NCBI GenBank assembly: GCA_030612025.1
Contig: JAUWOR010000002.1
Location: 64,001 to 128,000 of the forward strand
Origin: Dehalococcoidia bacterium
GTDB lineage: Bacteria; Chloroflexota; Dehalococcoidia; GIF9; AB-539-J10
Reading direction: 5' to 3'
Length of the DNA: 64,000 nucleotides
Position numbers and translations under genes: made by a program. The notes beneath the pieces are model-generated. The model made no database searches. It worked only from the letters and a program-made list of their open reading frames with translations, and was not told where the DNA came from. This document shows, piece after piece, positions 20,601-29,427 of the stretch (position 1 is its first letter; each line of letters opens with the position of its first letter).

Positions 20601-20762
20601 GGTACTGCGCTTGGCTAATTCATCATTAATAGTTTGGAGCACATTTAACGCGCCCGCTGAGCGACCACAGGTGGCAGCACCAACGAGGATGCGGGGCTTT
20701 TCACTGTGCTCTAAGGCTTCCCACTCTGATTTTGCTCGACTTTGAATCTGGTCAAAAGTCAT
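17682..20762 (-). CDS. NuoF/HydB-like NADH-binding subunit fused to a GltD/NfnL-like flavoprotein
   Basis: N-terminal thioredoxin-like [2Fe-2S], GLRGRGGAGFP, NADEGDPGAF, CGEETAL, ESCGKCAPCR; then APCSHTCPAG, VGSGPAG, IGGGNVAID. Confidence 0.92.
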   Translation of the reverse strand: MTFDQIQSRAKSEWEALEHSEKPRILVGAATCGRSAGALNVLQTINDELAKRSTDAIVIQVGCVGLCYLEPLVDIIKPGRPRICYGNITPEIVPELIEDYLIKDNPRPDLALGTIGDDSIEGIPRFFDLPMLKPQVRIILRNCGTIDPENINHYIARGGYSGFARVLKMSPGEIIGEIKKSGLRGRGGAGFPTWLKWDFCRKSPGREKYLVCNADEGDPGAFMNRSVLEGDPHAVLEGMLIAAYTIGATHGYIYCRAEYPLALERLNIALAKMKEYGLLGANILGSGFNFDIEIKEGAGAFVCGEETALMASIEGKRGMPRPRPPFPAQSGIWGKPTNINNVETLAAVAAILQKSADWYAQYGTEGSKGTKTFALAGKIKRTGLIEVPLGITLREIVYDIGGGIADDKQFRAVQTGGPSGGCLPAELLDLPVDYEALTQAGSIMGSGGMIVADEDTCIVDFAKFFLTFVQAESCGKCAPCRVGTRQMLDILERITRGEGQDGDIDKLQQLAETVRDGSLCALGGTAPNPVLSTIRYFRDEYEAHIKRKKCPAAVCKGLVKAPCSHTCPAGVDVPRYIRFISQGQFDQALAVIREKIPFPSVCGRVCPHPCEAKCRRGLLDDSIAIRVLKRFAAERGNGLWKMRAKIAPATGKQVAIVGSGPAGLTAAYYLAKRGHTVTVFEALPEPGGMMRYGIPEYRLPRKVLAEEIEEIRSVGVDIRTNAKINSLDGLFADGYNAIFLAIGAHQGAKLRVEGEDSPEVMEGISFLREINMGNKVRVGSRVAIIGGGNVAIDASRNALRLGAKEVTIIYRRTRTEMPASEEEINEAIHEGVKIEFLAAPIRIESKDSVVELICIRMKLGAVDTSGRRRPVPIEGSEFSSSFNTVIAAIGQMPETPDQFGLPLGRGNTFQVDTYTLATGREAVFAGGDAVTGPATVIEAIAAGRQAAISIDKYLGGKGVIDEKLAPPEELEALPEIDEGEKHRLPIPTLPLGERLGSFAEVELSLSEELAIEEATRCLRCDLEERE

Positions 20763-20776
20763 CTCAGCTTCCGAAG

Positions 20777-21226
20777 CTAATGATAAGAGGACAGAACTTG
20801 CTTTGCCTTTATCGGGGTCACCCTACTATAAACTGTCTTATCCACCACCATCACTGGGGATAAAGCACAGCAACCAAAACAGGCAACCCTCTCCAGACTA
20901 AATTTATAGTCCTCCGTAGTCTCTCCCGGCTTGATGCCAAGTTTTCTTTGCACCGTTTCCATAATGCGCGCTCCACCCCGCACATAACAGGAAGTGCCAA
21001 GACACACCTTAACAGTATATTCACCAGAACGGGTAAAGCGAAACTGAGCATAGAAAGTAGCCACACCGAAAATCTCACTCTTTGAGAGGCCTAGAAAGCG
21101 GGCGATTTCGGATACCGCTTCCTCCGGGAGATAGCTCAGTTCTTCCTGAACTTTTTGCAAGATAGGAATTAAGGTTCCTCGCTTCTCTTTATATGGCGCT
21201 AATATCTCAGCCAGTTTATCGCTGAT
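20777..21226 (-). CDS. nuoE: NuoE/HydC-like [2Fe-2S] subunit; start appears non-canonical (ATC)
   Basis: VCLGTSC, VACFGCCALSP; homology extends upstream of TTG 21160 (LAEIL...LIPILQ) to ATC after GGAGG at 21235-21231. Confidence 0.85.
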   Translation of the reverse strand: MSDKLAEILAPYKEKRGTLIPILQKVQEELSYLPEEAVSEIARFLGLSKSEIFGVATFYAQFRFTRSGEYTVKVCLGTSCYVRGGARIMETVQRKLGIKPGETTEDYKFSLERVACFGCCALSPVMVVDKTVYSRVTPIKAKQVLSSYH

Positions 21227-21373
21227 GATGCCTCCGAAAACTAACTAATTTCTAAAAGGCAGGTTCAAACCCATACTATAGCGTAAATGGAGAAGTTAAT
21301 GCAAGTAGTTGTGCTCGTTGGGTCTGCATTTTTTAGTGTGAAAATCTGTAAAAGGTGCCGGGCCATTTAAAAA

Positions 21374-21425
21374 TGTAGTTGCCCAATTTATTGGGCGACT
21401 GTGCCTGATAAATCAGGCAACTACA
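21374..21425. repeat. GTAG-family REP doublet
   Basis: tgtagttgcc...ggcaactaca outer inverted repeat enclosing hairpins gcccaatttattgggc and gcctgataaatcaggc. Confidence 0.75.
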
Positions 21426-21492
21426 AAAATTTGGGGGGAAACACCTCTGAGGTGGCTGAAATTGAACGGGGAATCAAAATTAAACAACCTGG

Positions 21493-21558
21493 GTGCCGGG
21501 AAGGAGGTGATTATTCGTGGAAGTAAAGGACGTTACCAACTTTAGTGGGAAATGTACT
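21493..21558 (+). pseudogene. Short relic of a hydrogenase maturation protease gene
   Basis: Encodes VEVKDVTNFSGKCT; 23-nt core is identical to 22532-22554. Confidence 0.6.
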
Positions 21559-22258
21559 TATCTATAACTCTCCACTCATGAGAATAAATATTAAATCGAT
21601 GCCCTCGAGCAAAGCCGATCAATGCTATGCCAAACTTCTGGGCAGCTTCTATGGCTAAGCTAGTAGGGGCTGAGATGCTTACTATCACCGGAATTTGGAC
21701 ACGGGCTGCCTTCACCACGGTTGACTTTGTCTGCCGACTCGAGGTTACCAGTACGCTGTTAGCCAGGTCCAACTTGGTACCAAATGCAAGGCCAATGACC
21801 TTATCTATAGCACAATGCCTACTTACATCTTCAACAAAGATATAACTACGCTGATTACGTATCTGAGCAATATGAGTACCTCCAGTCTCCTTAAATAGGA
21901 TGCTATCTTCATCCAGCTTCTTGATGGCATCCCAGATCTCGGTGACAGCTATCTTGGCTTGCGAGTTAACCTCTTTCACCTTTACAGAATTGCGCCTGCC
22001 AACTGTAACAGCAATGGCAAATTTGCTTCCATCCGGCCTGACTTCTATGCCTTTTATATTCGAGGAATGGCATATCCCCTCAGAAATCAGATGCCCCCTA
22101 GCCAGCTCCTCTAAATGAGTTGGCAAACAATAGAGTGACCGATAAACCTCACCGTTAAGCCTGATCACAACCTCGGCCTCAGAAGTAACTAGATCAAAAC
22201 AGACTTCCCTATGACAATCCGAAATCCTGTGTATTTTAACCTTTCTTAATTCTGCCAC
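21542..22258 (-). CDS. fdhD: Formate dehydrogenase accessory sulfurtransferase
   Basis: PTHLEELARGHLISEG, FKETGGTH, EDVSRHCAIDKVIG, SISAPTSLA, LIGFAR. Confidence 0.9.
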   Translation of the reverse strand: MAELRKVKIHRISDCHREVCFDLVTSEAEVVIRLNGEVYRSLYCLPTHLEELARGHLISEGICHSSNIKGIEVRPDGSKFAIAVTVGRRNSVKVKEVNSQAKIAVTEIWDAIKKLDEDSILFKETGGTHIAQIRNQRSYIFVEDVSRHCAIDKVIGLAFGTKLDLANSVLVTSSRQTKSTVVKAARVQIPVIVSISAPTSLAIEAAQKFGIALIGFARGHRFNIYSHEWRVIDKYISH

Positions 22259-22373
22259 TACTTCTCTGTATCAGAGTTGCTTCTTTATTTTTATCCCTAA
22301 AAATAAGCGTATGCGTTCGCCATGGATTTTACGCTGGTACTTCCTCCATTTCAATTTTGTCCGTGCCGGCTAA

Positions 22374-22649
22374 GGAAAAGCAGGCCAAACATATCGGCTA
22401 GAACCCAAAGATTTTTCCTTCCCTAAACATCTATCCTCCCCTCATCAGATAAACTTGGTCACTGCTCTAGAGCTGGGCAGAATGCTTAGCTTGTCCATGC
22501 TCCAAAGGATTGCTATATTTGCTGTGGGAGGAAAGGACGTTACCAACTTTAGTGAGAAATGCACGCCAGAAGTGGAGCGAGCAATTCCCAAAGTAGTTAA
22601 GATAGTACTCTGTGAGCTAGGCAAGCAATTTCTTGGCACAAAAACCTAA
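22374..22649 (+). pseudogene. C-terminal half of a hydrogenase maturation protease
   Basis: GKAGQTYRLEPKDF...SPHQINLVTALELG...CTPEVERAIPKVV; in-frame TAA immediately upstream; N-terminal GNxLxGDDG absent. Confidence 0.75.
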
Positions 22650-22772
22650 CCCCCTTGTTTTTTCCCCCACCTTGGTTTAATATTTACCTTTTGAATACGT
22701 AAGCGGCTTTCTTGCCAAGTGTGGTGCTTGTGCAAAAACTGGGTAAATTAAATACTCACCAAGTTTAGCAAA

Positions 22773-23297
22773 GTGACCGTGATAGCATTTTTAGCAACTG
22801 CGTTTGGGGCTTTTTTACTATACCTATTCTTGACCACCGCATCTGGCCCTTTGTTTCTCTGGAGTAAAGAAGAACTAATTATTGGGGCTATTTTTGCTCT
22901 AATAGTAGCAGCAATAGTAAGAAAGGTGTTCCCAGCAAAAAACCTTCGCTTGCTAAACCCGAAGAGATGGTTTCTACTCCTTGCCTATATTATATGGCCA
23001 TTCTTTCCAGCGATGGCAAAGGCAAATATCGATGTTGCCTACCGAGTAATAACAGGAAGGATAAACCCAGGCATAGTGAAAATTTCCCCTAAGCTAAAGA
23101 CTGACGCTGGTTTAACCATGCTTGCCAACTCCATAACCCTAACTCCAGGCACTTTGAGCGTGGATGTAGATGAAGAAACAAATGACCTGTATGTCCATTG
23201 GATAAATGTGAAGAAAGAAGCCTTGGAAAAGATGCCCAGAGATTACAAATACGTATGTGGTGAATTCCCTGATTGGGCAAGGAGAGTGATGGAATAA
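22773..23297 (+). CDS. mbhA: Mbh subunit A (MrpE-like)
   Basis: ANIDVAYRV, INPGIV, LANSITLTPGT, YVHWI. Confidence 0.88.
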   Translation: MTVIAFLATAFGAFLLYLFLTTASGPLFLWSKEELIIGAIFALIVAAIVRKVFPAKNLRLLNPKRWFLLLAYIIWPFFPAMAKANIDVAYRVITGRINPGIVKISPKLKTDAGLTMLANSITLTPGTLSVDVDEETNDLYVHWINVKKEALEKMPRDYKYVCGEFPDWARRVME

Positions 23298-23548
23298 TGT
23301 GGCTTCCCGTAGCCATATTCCTTGCAGTTTGCGCCACTATAATTCTTATAAGGCTGTTTCTAGGCCCTACCCCACCAGACCGACTAGTAGGGTTGGATAC
23401 CTTAAACACCGTAGTTGTAGTGTCCATGGTTATCCTGGGAGCGGCATTTGAAGAGGTAATATATGTTGACGTAGCCATTGTTTATGCCTTGCTTTCTTTT
23501 GTCAGCACACTTTTCATAGCCAAGTATATTGAGAAAGGCAAATTCTAA
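23297..23548 (+). CDS. mbhB: Mbh subunit B (MrpF-like)
   Basis: RLFLGPTPPDRLVGLD, DVAIVYALLSF; ATG overlaps the mbhA stop. Confidence 0.88.
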   Translation: MWLPVAIFLAVCATIILIRLFLGPTPPDRLVGLDTLNTVVVVSMVILGAAFEEVIYVDVAIVYALLSFVSTLFIAKYIEKGKF

Positions 23549-23907
23549 TGATACTAGATATAATCACCTACATATGTATAGGCATCGGATGCTTTCTTAA
23601 CTTGCTGGCGGCGATCGGTCTGCACCGTTTCCCTGATGTTTATACCAGGCTGCACGCCGGAACAAAGTGCACTACCTTCGGCTCCATACTTCTAATTGCG
23701 GCTGTTGTTATACAATCTGTAAGTGTTTGGGTAGCAGAGGGTCTTTCCTCTCCCCAATCAGTACTTACCCTACATGCAGTTATTGCCTTGGTAGTTATTT
23801 TACTGACCAATCCTACCAGTGCTCATGCCATCGGTAGGGCAGCACATAGGAGCGGGATCAAACCAGCGAGAGCGGTGGTGGATGACCTGGAGAAAGAAAA
23901 ACCATGA
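23548..23907 (+). CDS. mbhC: Mbh subunit C (MrpG-like)
   Basis: GLHRFPDVYTRLHAGTK, TNPTSAHAI. Confidence 0.9.
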   Translation: MILDIITYICIGIGCFLNLLAAIGLHRFPDVYTRLHAGTKCTTFGSILLIAAVVIQSVSVWVAEGLSSPQSVLTLHAVIALVVILLTNPTSAHAIGRAAHRSGIKPARAVVDDLEKEKP

Positions 23908-24146
23908 TTGAGCTAGGAGTTCTACACATAATTATCCCTATTTTGATTGTAGTCTGTGCATTGTTAGTAGCTATATTCAGGGACCTCATCGCTGCTGTAA
24001 TAAGTTTAGCTGCTATGAGCCTGCTCTTAGCCCTAGAGTTTTACTTACTTCAAGCCCCCGACGTGGCTATTGCCGAGGCTGGGGTAGGAGCAACTATCAC
24101 CGTAGCGATTTATATCCTGGCCATAAGGGCAACAAGGCGTGAGTAG
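23904..24146 (+). CDS. mbhD: Mbh subunit D (DUF4040)
   Basis: LQAPDVAIAEAGVGA. Confidence 0.88.
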   Translation: MIELGVLHIIIPILIVVCALLVAIFRDLIAAVISLAAMSLLLALEFYLLQAPDVAIAEAGVGATITVAIYILAIRATRRE

Positions 24147-24153
24147 GAGGAAC

Positions 24154-24426
24154 ATGAGAAAAATTGCTATGGCAGTATCCTTGAGCATCTTTATCGCCTT
24201 CTTGATAGCAACAGCATTCCTCATTCACCCCTTTGGCTATCCTCCATCTGAAATGGATGACTACATAATAGAAAATACCCAGAGTGAAACTGGAGCCAAT
24301 AATGCCGTAACTGCCGTTGTCTTTGATTACAGAGGCTTTGATACTTTAGGAGAGGCTACTATTTTGTTTACCGCAGTGACCGGCGTGGTAATGCTATTTA
24401 GAGCCAAGAAGAAAAGGGAGAAATAA
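24154..24426 (+). CDS. mbhE: Mbh subunit E (MrpB N-terminal-like)
   Basis: NAVTAVVFDYRGFDTLGE. Confidence 0.88.
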   Translation: MRKIAMAVSLSIFIAFLIATAFLIHPFGYPPSEMDDYIIENTQSETGANNAVTAVVFDYRGFDTLGEATILFTAVTGVVMLFRAKKKREK

Positions 24427-24430
24427 AACC

Positions 24431-24892
24431 ATGATGTCTAAAATTGTGCGTACCATGGCCAGCCTCTTAATCCTTTTTGCCCTTATCTATGGCTTATATA
24501 TCATCATGCATGGTCACTTGACCCCCGGCGGTGGGTTTCAGGGAGGTGCTGTCTTTGCCTCCGGCATAGCCTTGCTCATTGTTGCTTTTGGCTCGGACAA
24601 AATTCACAAAAGTCTAAAGGAACACCATCTCTCTATCTTGGAAAGCAGTGGAGCACTAATATTCATCGGCTTAGCCTTTGGCGGCCTAGCCATCGTCTTC
24701 TTCTATAATTTCCTCGTTGGCTCCCCCATCTTCGGTCACATCCCTCCTTCTGGCCCTAACCCTGGAGATATATGGACTGCCGGGGTAATTCCTTTTATGA
24801 ACATAGCAGTAGGCTTAAAAGTCCTGGCCGGCTTGTCTGCCATCCTTCTGGTCATGGCTTTAGCCACCACCGTAATGGAGGTGGAAGAATGA
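24431..24892 (+). CDS. mbhF: Mbh subunit F (MrpB-like)
   Basis: HGHLTPGGGFQGG, NIAVGLKV. Confidence 0.9.
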   Translation: MMSKIVRTMASLLILFALIYGLYIIMHGHLTPGGGFQGGAVFASGIALLIVAFGSDKIHKSLKEHHLSILESSGALIFIGLAFGGLAIVFFYNFLVGSPIFGHIPPSGPNPGDIWTAGVIPFMNIAVGLKVLAGLSAILLVMALATTVMEVEE

Positions 24893-25245
24893 CACAAGGC
24901 ATTCCTTACAATGTTCCCTATTTGGCAGTAGCGGCATTAATAGGCATTGCCTTTTACATTATTATATCCCAGAGAAATCTGATAAAACTGGTAATGGGGC
25001 TCAGTATCCTGGCATCTGGCGTTAACCTATTCTTGATCACTTTGGGGTATAGGGAAGGTGGGGTGGCTCCCATTTACACCCACGCTCCTGCAGGGATTAT
25101 GGTGTTGCCCGTCCCTCAAGCTTTGACTCTCACCAGCATCGTTATTGCCGTAGCATGTTTGGCTTTGATGCTTTCCATGGTAATACACATTTATCGCCAC
25201 ACCGGGAGCACAGATTCAGAAAAATCTAGAATAATGAAAGGGTAA
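24889..25245 (+). CDS. mbhG: Mbh subunit G (MrpC/NuoK-like)
   Basis: NLIKLVMGL, PVPQALTLTSIVI; ATGA overlap with mbhF. Confidence 0.9.
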   Translation: MTQGIPYNVPYLAVAALIGIAFYIIISQRNLIKLVMGLSILASGVNLFLITLGYREGGVAPIYTHAPAGIMVLPVPQALTLTSIVIAVACLALMLSMVIHIYRHTGSTDSEKSRIMKG

Positions 25246-25251
25246 AGTAAA

Positions 25252-26817
25252 CTGGACACTCTAATAATTCACTCCCCCATCCTGATAATAGCCATTCCAC
25301 TGTTAGCAGCGTTTTTAACTCCTCTAATTGGCAGAGCCAGTGGAAAGGCTAGAGATGTCTTGGTAGTAGCCAGCCTGGCATTTGTAGAATTCTTGGTCAT
25401 AATTTTAGCCCGGGACATTTACCTCAACGGATTACATATCTACACCCTGGGAGCATCTTCCCCCGACCTTACCATCCCTGAAAATTATATCGTCCCGGTA
25501 CGCATAATCCTAGAAGTGGATAGCATGTCCATATTTATGGCCATAATAGCGGCCACTGTTTCCTTAGCCGCAGCTATATATTCCCTCTCCTTTATGAAAG
25601 GGGAGACAGGCCAGAATAGGTTTTACACTCTCTTGCTACTTTTGGTAGCGGGTATGTTTGGCATGGTGCTTACCGGTGACTTGTTCAACCTGTTTGTCTT
25701 CCTAGAAATAGCTTCTATTGCTGGGGCAGCATTGGTCGCTTTCAGAACCAAGTTTGCCGATACTGCAGAAGGCGGATTGAAATACATAGTTATCTCTACC
25801 GTTGCTGCCCTGATGGTTCTATTCGCTATAGGCATATTTTATGCCCAATATAACTTGCTCAATATAGGTGCTCTGGCCCATGTAATGCAATATACCATGT
25901 TGGATAAGATAGCCCTAGTCTTGTTAGCCATAGCATTTATGATGAAGCTAGCAAGTGTGCCCCTGCACATGTGGTGCCCCGATACTTATAGCGTTGCCCC
26001 GGCCAGTATAACCATTATGCTTGTAGTGGCAAGCTACGCCTGCCTGTACGCCCTTTTCCGGATATGCTTTACCCTGTATGGAGTTAGTCCAGACATGGTT
26101 ACGGTGGGGTGGATAGTGATAACCCTGGGGATGTTAACCATGTTCGTTGGAGTTACTATGGCTGTTTTCCAAACGGATATCAAGAGGTTGATGGCCTATC
26201 ATTGTATTTCCCAGACAGGATATATGCTGCTTGGAATAGGAGTCGGGCTTGCTGTTTTAAATCGCCCAGAAGCCCTAAACACTTACGGAATAGCCGCTAT
26301 GGATGGAGGGATTTTCCACATAATAAATAACGCCCTATACAAAGGACTCCTATTCCTAACTGCGGGGGCTTTATTCTACCGCACGGGCACCAGAGACCTT
26401 AACAGAATGGGTGGCTTAGCCCATAAGATGAAGTGGACTACTATATTCTATATCATCGGGGCTTTGTCCATCTCTGGTATCCCTCCTTTCAATGGATTTG
26501 CTTCAAAGTTATTAATTTACGAGTCTGTGTACCGTTTCAATCCCATCCTGGCTATAGTAGCCATGATAACATCGATCCTCACCCTAGCTTCCTTTACCAA
26601 AGCTTTCTACTCAGCATTCATGGGAGCAGGGCTCCCCGAATACCAGGAGGTAAAAGAGGTGCCAAAATCTATGATAGCCGGCATGGCTATCCTGGCTGCA
26701 GGCATTATCTTCTTTAGCCTCTTCCCCGGGCTTATTGTTGATTGGCTAGCTCACCCAGCTACTGAGGCACTGATAAATCAGGGAGCCTACATCAATGGAA
26801 TTATGGGAGGAGGATAG
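25252..26817 (+). CDS. mbhH: Mbh subunit H (MrpD/NuoM-like antiporter subunit); probable CTG start
   Basis: TGDLFNLFVFLEI, PLHMWCPD, KRLMAYH, GIPPFNGFASK; first TM helix (PILIIAIPLLAAF) lies upstream of TTG 25360. Confidence 0.9.
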   Translation: MDTLIIHSPILIIAIPLLAAFLTPLIGRASGKARDVLVVASLAFVEFLVIILARDIYLNGLHIYTLGASSPDLTIPENYIVPVRIILEVDSMSIFMAIIAATVSLAAAIYSLSFMKGETGQNRFYTLLLLLVAGMFGMVLTGDLFNLFVFLEIASIAGAALVAFRTKFADTAEGGLKYIVISTVAALMVLFAIGIFYAQYNLLNIGALAHVMQYTMLDKIALVLLAIAFMMKLASVPLHMWCPDTYSVAPASITIMLVVASYACLYALFRICFTLYGVSPDMVTVGWIVITLGMLTMFVGVTMAVFQTDIKRLMAYHCISQTGYMLLGIGVGLAVLNRPEALNTYGIAAMDGGIFHIINNALYKGLLFLTAGALFYRTGTRDLNRMGGLAHKMKWTTIFYIIGALSISGIPPFNGFASKLLIYESVYRFNPILAIVAMITSILTLASFTKAFYSAFMGAGLPEYQEVKEVPKSMIAGMAILAAGIIFFSLFPGLIVDWLAHPATEALINQGAYINGIMGGG

Positions 26818-27162
26818 ATGTCAATTTTAGGACTTAGTTATTCTCCCTGGAGCCCAATCTTTTGGCTCCTTGCCTCTGTAGTTGTGATGATAATGGCTTA
26901 CTTTTTTAGGAGGCGCGGACAGAAAAAATATAAGAAAGATACTGAACAAACAAAGATCTTCTTATGCGGTGAAGAGGTACCTGAGGCAAAACAACGACAT
27001 ATAAGAGCCCACAATGTATACTGGGGGTTTTTTGAGACTATGAAAGAATACTATGACGCGAATATAAAAGCGCATACGGGAATAATAAATGATTATATAA
27101 TCTGGTTCCTAGTTCTTATAGCTATAAGCGCCATAATACTCTTTATCGTGGGGATAGTTTAA
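26818..27162 (+). CDS. mbhI: Mbh subunit I
   Basis: FLCGEE, YWGF, HTGIINDY; position in the operon. Confidence 0.8.
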   Translation: MSILGLSYSPWSPIFWLLASVVVMIMAYFFRRRGQKKYKKDTEQTKIFLCGEEVPEAKQRHIRAHNVYWGFFETMKEYYDANIKAHTGIINDYIIWFLVLIAISAIILFIVGIV

Positions 27163-27169
27163 ATAAGAA

Positions 27170-27198
27170 TGTCATTGCGAGCGAAGCGAAGCAATCTC
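27170..27198. repeat. REP-like repeat fragment (gtcattgcgagcgaagcgaagcaatct)
   Basis: Related to the repeats at 31.4, 33.0 and 46.8 kb. Confidence 0.6.
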
Positions 27199-27211
27199 AA
27201 CTGGAGCGCAT

Positions 27212-27643
27212 ATGAGCCTTAGCGCAATAAAGAGAGCACTTTGGATCTACCATATCAATACTGGCTCGTGCAACGGATGTGATATTGAAATCCTGGCCGC
27301 ACTCACCCCTAGGTATGACCTTGAACGTTTTGGTATGATGCTTGTTGGCTCACCTCGCCATGCTGATGTATTACTGGTGACCGGTCCAGTAGCAAGACAG
27401 ATGGCGCCGAGGCTCAAACGGGTATATGAGCAAACACCCGATCCCAAGGTGGTCATAGTAGTTGGCAGCTGTGGCTTGGAGGGAGGCGTATTCTACGAAT
27501 CCTATAATTTGGTGGGGCCGGTAGACCAACATATACCTGTGGACGTATATGTCCCCGGATGTCCCCCCAGACCCGAAGCTATTATAGAAGCTGTAGCTAA
27601 AGCCTGGGTAAAGCTTGAGAAAGCTGAGCAGCAGGTGGTATAG
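27212..27643 (+). CDS. mbhJ: Mbh small subunit J (NuoB-like)
   Basis: GSCNGCDIE, GSPRHADVLLVTG, VYVPGCPPRPE. Confidence 0.92.
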   Translation: MSLSAIKRALWIYHINTGSCNGCDIEILAALTPRYDLERFGMMLVGSPRHADVLLVTGPVARQMAPRLKRVYEQTPDPKVVIVVGSCGLEGGVFYESYNLVGPVDQHIPVDVYVPGCPPRPEAIIEAVAKAWVKLEKAEQQVV

Positions 27644-28177
27644 ATGGAAATACTGAGTCCTGAAGAAATAGTTGAGAGCTTTAAGGCTGCCCTGGGTAGC
27701 AGCTTTGTCGATTCAAAGATTTATCAAAGAGAGATTGCAGTCAAAAGGAATATCTTCACGTCGATTTGGATATATGTAAAGCGAGAGGCCTTTCGGCCGG
27801 CAGTAGACCTTATCGGCAGACTACAAGAATATCCTCATTTGTCCATAATCTCATCCTCCGACCTCGGGGATAGCGTCGAGTTGATATATCATTTCACAAT
27901 ATATTATGGGCAACACCTCAAAGAATTATCACTAGGACTATGCCTAAATCTACCAAAAAACGATCTTAAGATACCAACAATTACAGATATCATTCCTGGC
28001 GCGCTGTTTGCCGAGCGCGAAACTCAGGAGATGATGGGAGTAGAGGTGGTCGGCATACCAGATAACAGAAGATTGTTCCTGCCAGAGGATTTCCCCGAAG
28101 GTGTCTACCCCTGGAGAAAAGACGAGAAGGGACCACATGACCTGCTCAGGGTCCTACCGGGGAGGGAGAAGAAATGA
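27644..28177 (+). CDS. mbhK: Mbh subunit K (NuoC-like)
   Basis: ELIYHF, IPTITDIIPGA..ERE..EMMG, RLFLPEDFP. Confidence 0.88.
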   Translation: MEILSPEEIVESFKAALGSSFVDSKIYQREIAVKRNIFTSIWIYVKREAFRPAVDLIGRLQEYPHLSIISSSDLGDSVELIYHFTIYYGQHLKELSLGLCLNLPKNDLKIPTITDIIPGALFAERETQEMMGVEVVGIPDNRRLFLPEDFPEGVYPWRKDEKGPHDLLRVLPGREKK

Positions 28178-29427
28178 AGAACGAAGAGATGGAAACGACT
28201 TACACTATCCCTATAGGCCCAATTCACCCGGCACTGAAGGAACCTATCCGACTCGATCTTAAGGTCGATGGTGAAGAGATTGTAGATGTAGATGTTATTG
28301 TGGGGCAAGTTCACCGCGGCATCGAATGGCTGGGCATGAATAGAAATAACCCTATCCAGAACATATACCTAGCGGAACGAGTATGTGGCATCTGTTCTGC
28401 CAGTCACCCATTCGCATATGTTATGGCTGTTGAGCAAGCCGCTGGAATCACTCCGCCAGAACGCGCTGAGTATATCAGGGTAATCATTGCCGAAATAGAG
28501 CGAATACATTCACATCTATTATGGGCGGGAGTTGCCGCCCATGAGGTTGGCTTTGATTCGGTGTTTTATCTTGTCTGGCGCGTTAGAGAAAAGGTAATGG
28601 ATTTAACCGAATACCTGACGGGAAACCGAAACTCCAAGGCTATGTATCAAATTGGTGGAGTCAGAAGAGATATTACTGAGGAGCAATTTCCTCAGATTAG
28701 AAAAACTCTGGATTATTACCAGACCATATTCAACCAGTTGAAAACCGTGTTCTTAGATGATAGGACAATAAGGATGCGGACAAAGAATGTGGGTATCCTG
28801 AAAACCGAGGATGCCTTGAAACTGCTTGCATGTGGACCAACCGGTAGGGCAAGCGGGGTAACCAAGGATGTAAGACAAGACCAGGCTTATGGCGCATATG
28901 CTGATATGGATATCAACGCCATCACTCCAGACGTGCTTACCGGGACTGTAGTAGGCGATATATATGACAGAATCGTTGTTCGCTTGCTGGAAGTCAAGCA
29001 ATCCATGGAGATCATAGAGCGCTGCTTAGATGAAATACCACCTGGTGCCATACTGGCAGAGCCAAAGATGGCAAAGGTTTTAAATACACTGAAGAAAGCG
29101 GAAGGCGAAGGTGTCGGGCGACATGAAGCACCTAGAGGTGAATGCATACATTATGTTCGTTTGGAATCTGGCAGAGAAACACTGGCTGTCTGGAGGATAA
29201 GAGCCCCCACATATGTGAATCTTATGGCGGTGCCGACAATGCTCAAGGGGGCTCAGCTTGCTGATGTGCCAATAGTCTTTGCCTCTATCGACCCCTGTAT
29301 CTCATGCACCAACAGAGCTATCGTTGTGGACTTAAAAACGAAGAGGAAAACTTTGCTTATTGATGAGGAGTTGCACCAGCTCTGTGTGGAAAAAACGAGG
29401 AGGTTGAGTAATGAGCTGGCTAGGTAA
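28174..29427 (+). CDS. mbhL: Mbh catalytic [NiFe] large subunit L (group 4)
   Basis: GPIHPALKEP, ERVCGICS (L1), DPCISCTNR (L2) with C-terminal extension; all four Ni-binding Cys present. Confidence 0.93.
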   Translation: MKNEEMETTYTIPIGPIHPALKEPIRLDLKVDGEEIVDVDVIVGQVHRGIEWLGMNRNNPIQNIYLAERVCGICSASHPFAYVMAVEQAAGITPPERAEYIRVIIAEIERIHSHLLWAGVAAHEVGFDSVFYLVWRVREKVMDLTEYLTGNRNSKAMYQIGGVRRDITEEQFPQIRKTLDYYQTIFNQLKTVFLDDRTIRMRTKNVGILKTEDALKLLACGPTGRASGVTKDVRQDQAYGAYADMDINAITPDVLTGTVVGDIYDRIVVRLLEVKQSMEIIERCLDEIPPGAILAEPKMAKVLNTLKKAEGEGVGRHEAPRGECIHYVRLESGRETLAVWRIRAPTYVNLMAVPTMLKGAQLADVPIVFASIDPCISCTNRAIVVDLKTKRKTLLIDEELHQLCVEKTRRLSNELAR

